From Bifidobacterium longum subsp. longum JCM 1217 (GTDB taxonomy: Bacteria > Actinomycetota > Actinomycetes > Actinomycetales > Bifidobacteriaceae): a stretch of DNA of 32,000 nucleotides. Shown here piece by piece: positions 26,665 through 32,000 of this stretch. A program made the translations under genes and the position numbers. The stretch lies in the NCBI RefSeq assembly GCF_000196555.1, contig NC_015067.1, forward strand, positions 1,050,001 through 1,082,000. Reading direction: 5' to 3'. Positions within the stretch are counted from its first letter, which is position 1; the number at the start of each line of letters is the position of its first letter. The notes under the pieces were generated by a model. The model had not been told where the DNA came from. It searched no databases and saw only the letters and a list, made by a program, of their open reading frames with translations.

Positions 26665-27479
26665 CACGTCCCCCAGCCGACCGGGATGTCCGCGCTTTTC
26701 GCCGTCTCCAACAGGAGCCGGAACAGCTGGATGGTATCTTCCTTGCCTTCCATGGGGTCGAACCGGATGCCGTCATTCTCCGCCATGGCGGTCTCCAACA
26801 TGGAAGCCACCTGACTGTCCGCGCCGACGAACGCGAACCCGGAACCGGCTTCCACCCACTCCCGGCGGCCCACGTCCCACCGCAGGTTCAGATACCGGCC
26901 GAATCCACGATGCATGTCCGCGCCGATCCACACGGAACGGCAGCAGTCCAGGAACTCGGATGACGTGACATCCACGCTCAACCCCGATTCGACCGAACCG
27001 GACACGAACGGGATGCGAGCCGCCAGCATGGCGGCCAACGGTCTTAACCATTTCGCATCACCGCCGGACGCGATACGCTCCCCATCCACGATGGATTCGG
27101 CGATATGTCCGAACGCCTCCACGATGGCCGTGGAATCGTCGGCGCCGGAGGGAATGTCCCCTTCGCCGGTCATGCGGGACACGCCGTCCGGGTCGAACTC
27201 CCAATCGTATTCGACTGGATTGTTACAGGTCTTTGTTACAGGTTTCGTCATTGGTTTCCACGATGATGCGGTGAACCTCCCCGACCTTACGGTCGGGGCT
27301 TCCGTGCCTTCCGCAGAGTTCAATCGGGCAATGGTGAATTCGTAGGCTGTGGTGAGGCCGTCGTAGAAAGTGTATTTTTCCAACAGTTCCTTGTCCGGGG
27401 TTTCGGAGTCTTTGACGGCCTTGTCCCATTGTTGTTCCAACCATGCTATGAGGTCGGATTTAAGTTCTGACTGATTCAT
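26664..27479 (-). CDS. hypothetical phage protein (271 aa)
   Basis: ATG 27479 follows AAGGAA (MNQSELKSDLIAWLEQQWDK...). No family recognised. Confidence 0.65.
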   Translation of the reverse strand: MNQSELKSDLIAWLEQQWDKAVKDSETPDKELLEKYTFYDGLTTAYEFTIARLNSAEGTEAPTVRSGRFTASSWKPMTKPVTKTCNNPVEYDWEFDPDGVSRMTGEGDIPSGADDSTAIVEAFGHIAESIVDGERIASGGDAKWLRPLAAMLAARIPFVSGSVESGLSVDVTSSEFLDCCRSVWIGADMHRGFGRYLNLRWDVGRREWVEAGSGFAFVGADSQVASMLETAMAENDGIRFDPMEGKEDTIQLFRLLLETAKSADIPVGWGT

Positions 27480-27517
27480 GTGGGGGTTCCTTGTTGTGGA
27501 TGCTTTTATGTGTGGAC

Positions 27518-27550
27518 GCAACCAATGTCCATGAGTTCTGTGAGGTTCAA
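27518..27550. repeat. direct repeat, copy A (truncated duplicate of the 5' end of the 67-aa gene)
   Basis: The 29-nt core at 27522-27550 is identical to 27751-27779. Similarity extends to about 45-50 bp with mismatches. On the minus strand it reads TTG AAC CTC ACA GAA CTC ATG GAC ATT GGT TGC GTC CAC ACA TAA. Confidence 0.8.
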
Positions 27551-27578
27551 ATGGTTCAATCCTTGTTTCCTTTCTGCC

Positions 27579-27782
27579 TTACTGCGGAACGTTTTCTAAC
27601 GGCACGAGTTCGGCGCCGGCCTGTTTGGCGTGCCGCTGGCAGACGCCGCCGAAGCTTTCCCCGTCGCCCTCCGGCCATCGACGGATTGCCACAATGGGTT
27701 TGCCGCACGGGTACATCCAACCGTCCGAATCGGTCACGGTATGGGCGCAGCCAATGTCCATGAGTTCTGTGAGGTTCAACAT
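27579..27782 (-). CDS. hypothetical phage protein (67 aa)
   Basis: ATG 27782 follows GGAAAGGA (MLNLTELMDIGCAHTVTDSDGWMYPCGKP...). Confidence 0.55.
   Translation of the reverse strand: MLNLTELMDIGCAHTVTDSDGWMYPCGKPIVAIRRWPEGDGESFGGVCQRHAKQAGAELVPLENVPQ
27747..27779. repeat. direct repeat, copy B (the first 11 codons of the 67-aa gene, including the start codon)
   Basis: See copy A. The two copies are 229 bp apart. Confidence 0.8.
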
Positions 27783-27876
27783 GATTCATCCTTTCCAAAG
27801 TTGAATGCTCTGCCATAGTTTGAATCGCTCGGCTATTGCCTTCGGAGATTGCCCAAACGCATTCTCATCGTCCTCT

Positions 27877-28146
27877 CTACCTTTCCCCGCAATCCCAACG
27901 GTCGTAGCATGCGGGGCATTCGTATTGCGCGTATTCGGGATTCCACTTGGCGTGCTCACGGCATACCAGACGCCAGCAGGCCTCACATATCTCGCCGCAG
28001 TCCGTGCAGTTGACGCGCCCGCAACAGGGGCATTTCCTCGCATGCTCCTCACATAACGGTATGCCGCAACCGCCGCAGTGGTCAGCCACGTCATCCGACT
28101 CGTACGGGCCGTGGATTGAATCTTCGCAGGTTTCGTTCGCGTTCAT
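27877..28146 (-). CDS. cysteine-rich small protein (putative multi-zinc-binding)
   Basis: 89 aa with 15 Cys arranged largely as CxxC pairs, plus C..H (HCGGC, LCEEH, CPCC, CTDC, CEAC, VCREH, CPAC). Confidence 0.6.
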   Translation of the reverse strand: MNANETCEDSIHGPYESDDVADHCGGCGIPLCEEHARKCPCCGRVNCTDCGEICEACWRLVCREHAKWNPEYAQYECPACYDRWDCGER

Positions 28147-28158
28147 GATGGTTCCTTT

Positions 28159-28350
28159 TCATTCCTTGCCTAACAGGTCAAGTCCGGCGCACACCGTCTC
28201 CCATACGGTCTTGCCGTCGAATGCGATGAGCATGCCGGATATGCAGTATTCGCTGGCGTGCGGCGCGGGCTGTCCGCAGTCCACGCCTTCCTTGCCCAGC
28301 CTGTCCAATAGGTCGCGGACGGATTGCAGCGTCTTCTCGATGTTCAACAT
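28159..28350 (-). CDS. hypothetical phage protein (63 aa)
   Basis: ATG 28350 follows AAGGAG. It lies 3 nt downstream of the preceding gene's stop. Confidence 0.5.
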   Translation of the reverse strand: MLNIEKTLQSVRDLLDRLGKEGVDCGQPAPHASEYCISGMLIAFDGKTVWETVCAGLDLLGKE

Positions 28351-28353
28351 GGT

Positions 28354-28899
28354 TCACTCCTTGTCCAGTCGGCGCACGCTGGCCAGCATGCGCGACGCGG
28401 CCTGACGGCGCGTCTCATACGGGGTGCCGAGTTCCTCGCCCAGCAGCCACCCCTCGAACACGGACACCGGGTCATGTCGGCCGGAGTATTTGTTGTTGCA
28501 GGATTCGCACACATGCATGTAGTGTTCGGCCATGTCTTCCACATCCTTCGCCTCCTGTTCGTCGCCAAGCGTGTTCCGGCACCATTCGGCGGTCCTGTCG
28601 AACTTGTCTTTCAACCGCATGAGACGGTCGGTGCGCGGCATGGGCGAAGCCAGCAGGCGTGCCAGTTCGTCCAATGCCCGTTCCTCGCCCATGTCGGCTG
28701 TATCGAGGACGGTGTTATCCTCGACAAGCTCGTACTGCGTGCGGACGATGCTGATGGTGTCGCTGTCGGGAAGGTTGACGGTGACCTCGTATCCCGCTTG
28801 AGGGTCGAATGCGGTGATGCGTCCGAACTGGTGGTCGTTGTACACATGCCAGTCCGGCAGTATGCGGGTGACGATGCTGAGGATGTCGCGTGTTTTCAT
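28354..28899 (-). CDS. hypothetical phage protein (181 aa)
   Basis: Internal Met of track ORF 28354..28959 (MKTRDILSIVTRILPDWHVYNDHQF...). The SD is weak. No family recognised. Confidence 0.55.
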   Translation of the reverse strand: MKTRDILSIVTRILPDWHVYNDHQFGRITAFDPQAGYEVTVNLPDSDTISIVRTQYELVEDNTVLDTADMGEERALDELARLLASPMPRTDRLMRLKDKFDRTAEWCRNTLGDEQEAKDVEDMAEHYMHVCESCNNKYSGRHDPVSVFEGWLLGEELGTPYETRRQAASRMLASVRRLDKE

Positions 28900-28966
28900 T
28901 CCGTCAGTTCCAGTTCTTCGGCGCGACGACGATCCAGCCGCGATGCCTGTCGGCCTCACGCCTCTC

Positions 28967-29068
28967 CTATTCGTCCGTTAGCCATTGCTCATGCGTTTCC
29001 GCTTCCTGCCTGTCATCGAACTGCTTGCCATCCGAAGTGGTGTATGCGATGCTTGTTTCGACACTCAT
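28967..29068 (-). CDS. possible 33-aa micro-ORF
   Basis: ATG 29068 overlaps the upstream stop as ATGA (MSVETSIAYTTSDGKQFDDRQEAETHEQWLTDE). Below the track cut-off. Confidence 0.25.
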   Translation of the reverse strand: MSVETSIAYTTSDGKQFDDRQEAETHEQWLTDE

Positions 29069-29610
29069 GATTCCTCCAACTGGTATCCGATGTGGCGCAG
29101 CGCGTCCGTGATGGTTTCGCCCGGTTCGCCTTCAAGCGGTCGCCCGCCATACTTGTCGTATATCCGCCATTCGCCGGGTTCGGACTGGTAGGCGTATACG
29201 GTGCCCGCCGGCTTCCCGTCCGGCGCCGTCAGTTCGATCGGCTTCGATTCGCCCCGCTCCGACCGCCATCGTGCGATGCCGTGCTTGCGTTCCATGAGCG
29301 TTAGGCTCGCGCCGTCCAGTCCGGCTTCCAGCAGGCTCATATATTGGCTGTCATCGTTTTCGCGGATATGCCAGTCATCGCCGTAGTCGTCCTCCATGCC
29401 GATCAGGAGCAGGGGCAGGCCGGTGCGACCGCGCCCCTCGTCGCGCACGATTTCGAACGGACGGTCCAACTCGTTGAACGCGGTCTGCCAGACGATCCAA
29501 CCCTTGTCGCTGACGCGCGGCGAATCCGGGCCATACCCGTCGTCCTGCCGGTCACCATAATGGAATCTGTCGAGCAATTGGTGTTCGATTTTTTCGCCAA
29601 GCGGCTTCAT
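29065..29610 (-). CDS. hypothetical phage protein (181 aa)
   Basis: ATG 29610 follows AAAGGAA (MKPLGEKIEHQLLDRFHYGDRQDDGYG...). The track start (TTG 29655) is rejected. Confidence 0.6.
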   Translation of the reverse strand: MKPLGEKIEHQLLDRFHYGDRQDDGYGPDSPRVSDKGWIVWQTAFNELDRPFEIVRDEGRGRTGLPLLLIGMEDDYGDDWHIRENDDSQYMSLLEAGLDGASLTLMERKHGIARWRSERGESKPIELTAPDGKPAGTVYAYQSEPGEWRIYDKYGGRPLEGEPGETITDALRHIGYQLEES

Positions 29611-29845
29611 GGTCAGGTTCCTTTCTTTCGAAAAGCGTGGTTGTCGCATCCTCAAGAAATGCGGTGAACAGATCGTAGGGTTCGGCCTGATTGGGATTCA
29701 GATACCAGTCCATAGGTTTATAGCCCAGTTTCATGCACGGGAGTTTCGTGCCGATATACCGGGTGACCCGGATATGCCGGAATACCCATCGTATGATGTC
29801 GATTCCGAGCCCATATTGTTCCGCATATTCCTTATACGACTTCAC
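29552..29845 (-). CDS. hypothetical phage protein (97 aa)
   Basis: GTG 29845 lies 6 nt after GGAAAGGG (VKSYKEYAEQYGLGIDIIRWVF...). Its 3' end overlaps the next gene by 59 nt in another frame. Confidence 0.45.
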   Translation of the reverse strand: MKSYKEYAEQYGLGIDIIRWVFRHIRVTRYIGTKLPCMKLGYKPMDWYLNPNQAEPYDLFTAFLEDATTTLFERKEPDHEAAWRKNRTPIARQIPLW

Positions 29846-29865
29846 AATCGACCCTTTCCTCCGCT

Positions 29866-30195
29866 TCACTGGTGCGCCTTCACGTATTCGGGTCCGTGGT
29901 AGTGCGATCGGCATGCGTATCGTTCGGTGACCGGGGTTTCGAGAATCCGGTCCACATCCAACGTCACGGTCTCCCGATCCGTTCGGGCGAGGTATTCACG
30001 CAGCCAGTCGCCAGCGTTGAAACTGTCCGCACACCATGCCGGATCGTCCGTCAGCTCTTGGATGCGCCGGACGCCGTTCGGGTCGTCGAGGAGCCCGGGG
30101 TTCCAGCCTGCATGCTCGCAGACCACGTCGATCAGCGGGTCAAGCCGGCTGATGGCGCGTGTTCTGCCGGGCGTGACGATCACCGTGCTCCTCAT
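29866..30195 (-). CDS. hypothetical phage protein (109 aa)
   Basis: Track ORF, same strand as its neighbours, starting 3 nt after the upstream stop. Confidence 0.55.
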   Translation of the reverse strand: MRSTVIVTPGRTRAISRLDPLIDVVCEHAGWNPGLLDDPNGVRRIQELTDDPAWCADSFNAGDWLREYLARTDRETVTLDVDRILETPVTERYACRSHYHGPEYVKAHQ

Positions 30196-30198
30196 CGT

Positions 30199-30477
30199 TC
30201 AGTCCTTCTTCTCTTCGAGATCCTTGAACATGTCCCATCCACCGCGTCCGATATCGGCGTCTTTGCTGCCGATTACGACGATGCCGCCGCCTTTCTTGAG
30301 CCGCCGCGTGCAGACTGGGTCCGTGTTCTCCTTGCCGTAAATGTCGAAGCTCTTGAGCGGGATCGCCCGCAAACCGTATTCGTAATCGTCGTTGATGCGG
30401 TACACGGGCAGGTCGCCGTACCGGTCGCGGATGGCTTCGAGCTTCTCGATGAGTTCGGTGATGGTCAACGTGTCCAT
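30199..30477 (-). CDS. hypothetical phage protein (92 aa)
   Basis: Track ORF (MDTLTITELIEKLEAIRDRYGDLPVY...) with a balanced charged composition. Confidence 0.6.
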   Translation of the reverse strand: MDTLTITELIEKLEAIRDRYGDLPVYRINDDYEYGLRAIPLKSFDIYGKENTDPVCTRRLKKGGGIVVIGSKDADIGRGGWDMFKDLEEKKD

Positions 30478-30509
30478 GGTCGGATGCCTTTCTTACGTCC
30501 GCATCCCAC

Positions 30510-30524
30510 GCATGCGTCCCCGGC
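30510..30524 (-). promoter_or_regulatory. recurrent junction motif, class A copy (GCCGGGGACGCATGC)
   Basis: Identical 15-mer to 24886-24900. It abuts the stop codon at 30525-30527 and overlaps the perfect palindrome ACGCATGCGT (30508-30517). Confidence 0.5.
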
Positions 30525-31013
30525 TCACAGGCCCTTCGCCTTGAGGATCCCGTCCGCCTCTCTGGTGAAGTCATGCCGGCGGCGCAGCCGTCCCGCCTCG
30601 TAGCGCGCATCACGCGCCGTCGGGTCGATGTCGCGCGCGAATCCGGCCATCACATCCGGGTCGATGCGGTGCGCGTATCGGAGCGCGATATACGGGTCGG
30701 CCGTCCGGACGAGAGCGTGTTCGCCGCCCGGATGCTTCTCGCACGCGATCAGCCATGTGCCCGGATCGTCGCACCAGCCGATGAGGCGTTCCAACTGGCC
30801 GGGCGTGCACTCCTGGCTGGCGATCAGCTGGTAGGCGACGTCCGGCGACCATGACGGGTTCGACTCCTCCATGAGCCGGACGAGCATGCCGATCTGTTCG
30901 GGACGCAGTCTCGCGCTCGCGGCCAGATCCGTCATGACGCCGTCCCCGTGCTCGAACAGGGCGAGCAGCTGGGGTCCGTCCAGGGTGGCTATGAAATCGT
31001 CGAATCGTTTCAT
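30525..31013 (-). CDS. hypothetical protein downstream of the HipA-like kinase (162 aa)
   Basis: Internal Met of track ORF 30525..31073 (MKRFDDFIATLDGPQLLALFEHGDG...). Helical-repeat-like composition. It starts 37 nt after the kinase stop. Confidence 0.55.
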   Translation of the reverse strand: MKRFDDFIATLDGPQLLALFEHGDGVMTDLAASARLRPEQIGMLVRLMEESNPSWSPDVAYQLIASQECTPGQLERLIGWCDDPGTWLIACEKHPGGEHALVRTADPYIALRYAHRIDPDVMAGFARDIDPTARDARYEAGRLRRRHDFTREADGILKAKGL

Positions 31014-31020
31014 GCCCTGG

Positions 31021-31032
31021 GTATGCGTCCCC
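31021..31032 (-). promoter_or_regulatory. recurrent junction motif, class B copy (GGGGACGCATAC)
   Basis: Ends 7 nt upstream of ATG 31013, in the 37-nt gap after the kinase stop. Confidence 0.45.
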
Positions 31033-31050
31033 CTAATCAGGGAAACGGGG

Positions 31051-32000
31051 TCAGCGGCTACGCCAGTATCCACTGACCGGATATCCGCTTCGGATATGAG
31101 GGCTCACCCAGACGCCGCCCCCGCCGAAGGATGCCGTATTCGCCTTTGGCTTCGGCATCCTTCCGTGCAGTGGCTGGATGTTCTCGTTTGCCTTCGAAAC
31201 CGCCTTACGCATGGATTCCCTCAGCGAATCGGGCAAACCGGCCGATGCCTCATCCAGATGGTCGAGAACGGCTCCCGCCATGGTCCGGGCGATATGCGCC
31301 ACACGCTCCCCGTCCAAACCGGCCTCCTCCGCGAAGGCCTCCCAGTCGGATGGGGTGAGCAGTTCCGCGAATTCGACTCCGTTGATGGGCATCGCCATCT
31401 CCTGATCCACATGAGGCCATATTCTGGTGACCGTCATGTCGTACATCGGCGCGAAACGGAACCCGTTTTCGGCAAGAACAATCGAATAGTTCTTGCCATG
31501 GGAGTCCGAATCGCCCGATGAGACGTTGAAGGCAAGCCGGCGAACCCACTCGTATCCGGTTTCATCGCTTGCATCGAAATGATGCAGGAAACGGACGCAG
31601 CTTGCGGCGTCGATTTCATACTTGGATTCGGGATCCATGCCCATGGCCTGCGCTAGATCCTCGCAATGGATTCGTCTCACGTTGTTTCCATCCACGATGC
31701 GGTCGAAACGTCGGGTGATGAAGGCCTCCGTCCCATTCGCGGTGAGAACGCCATGCTCGGATACCGGCAATCCGCAAAGAGTCCCGAGCGTCAGGGTGGC
31801 ATCCTCCACCCTGTGACTGCCGGGGCAATCCCTCATTTCAGGTTTGATGATATGGGTGGAGGGGATGGACGCGTTGGGCCAGAGCCAGACACCGGCACGT
31901 CGGGCGAGCGTGAACTTGGGCTGGCCTCCGGCGATGGAGAAACGGCATTTCGGCGTATCCCGCTCATAGAACTCATCCTCATCATCCCGTGCGAACCAGT
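31051..32000 (-). CDS. HipA-family serine/threonine kinase (type II toxin-like), N-terminus beyond the window
   Basis: The frame is open from 31998 down to the stop at 31051. The track's Met at 31836 is internal. Motifs: RFSIAGGQPKF (Gly-rich loop), PSTHIIKPE, FITRRFDR, RIHCEDLAQAMG, the catalytic region FNVSSGDSDSHGKNYS, and PMYD. Confidence 0.85.
   Translation of the reverse strand, partial: WFARDDEDEFYERDTPKCRFSIAGGQPKFTLARRAGVWLWPNASIPSTHIIKPEMRDCPGSHRVEDATLTLGTLCGLPVSEHGVLTANGTEAFITRRFDRIVDGNNVRRIHCEDLAQAMGMDPESKYEIDAASCVRFLHHFDASDETGYEWVRRLAFNVSSGDSDSHGKNYSIVLAENGFRFAPMYDMTVTRIWPHVDQEMAMPINGVEFAELLTPSDWEAFAEEAGLDGERVAHIARTMAGAVLDHLDEASAGLPDSLRESMRKAVSKANENIQPLHGRMPKPKANTASFGGGGVWVSPHIRSGYPVSGYWRSR

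Larger units (their letters stand above)
22960..32000. mobile_element. integrated prophage-like element, left end (continues beyond the window)
   Basis: A tyrosine integrase sits at the boundary, followed by about 14 compact same-strand genes, mostly of unknown function. It also carries an orphan DNA methyltransferase and shared intergenic motifs. G+C looks visibly higher than the flanking 22470-22990 stretch (by eye). The left boundary is approximate. Confidence 0.7.

Noticed and set aside
29552-29610. Possible programmed -1 ribosomal frameshift: the heptamer A AAA AAT (complement of 29588-29594) lies inside the 59-nt overlap of two phage genes.
   Set aside because: Checking codon phases shows the downstream gene is in the +1 frame relative to the upstream one, not -1. 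The slippery heptamer therefore cannot join them, and no downstream stimulatory structure was evident.
1-32000. Search for CRISPR arrays, rRNA genes, IS transposases and reverse transcriptase/retron-like genes.
   Set aside because: No regularly spaced repeats of 25-40 bp were seen. No rRNA-like conserved strings and no transposase or RT motifs appeared in any listed ORF.

Overview
High-G+C actinobacterial chromosome segment. Gene content and order look most like Bifidobacterium, but that is inference from memory, not a search. It has three parts. (1) Positions 1-9090 are an accessory, partly decayed region. It holds an Abi_2 (AbiD/F-like) abortive-infection gene, an orphan AbiEi antitoxin with only a 12-codon stub of its toxin partner, two GNAT acetyltransferases, an ASCH protein and a VanZ/RDD fusion. 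It also holds at least three broken genes (amber stop, frameshift, truncated MFS transporter) and two foldback repeat structures. (2) Positions 9091-22470 are conserved core genes: amino-acid permease, nfo, SRAP peptidase, fused trpC-trpB, trpA, lgt, rpe, hisE, hisG. They are followed by the actinobacterial envelope/division cluster: CDP-alcohol phosphatidyltransferase, DUF881, sbp, DUF881, FHA, MerR. (3) From about 22960 to the window end is the left end of an integrated phage-like element. A tyrosine integrase reads rightward, and about 14 tightly packed genes read leftward. These include an orphan N4/N6 DNA methyltransferase, a Cys-rich protein and a HipA-family kinase that runs off the right edge. 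The most interesting signal is in this element: an asymmetric motif, GGNNACGCAT(A/G)C on the coding strand, recurs at five gene junctions in one orientation, next to a phased ATGCAAWTC array. No rRNA, tRNA or CRISPR was seen. Family calls rest on motifs recognised by eye and remembered family signatures. No database search or statistic was run.
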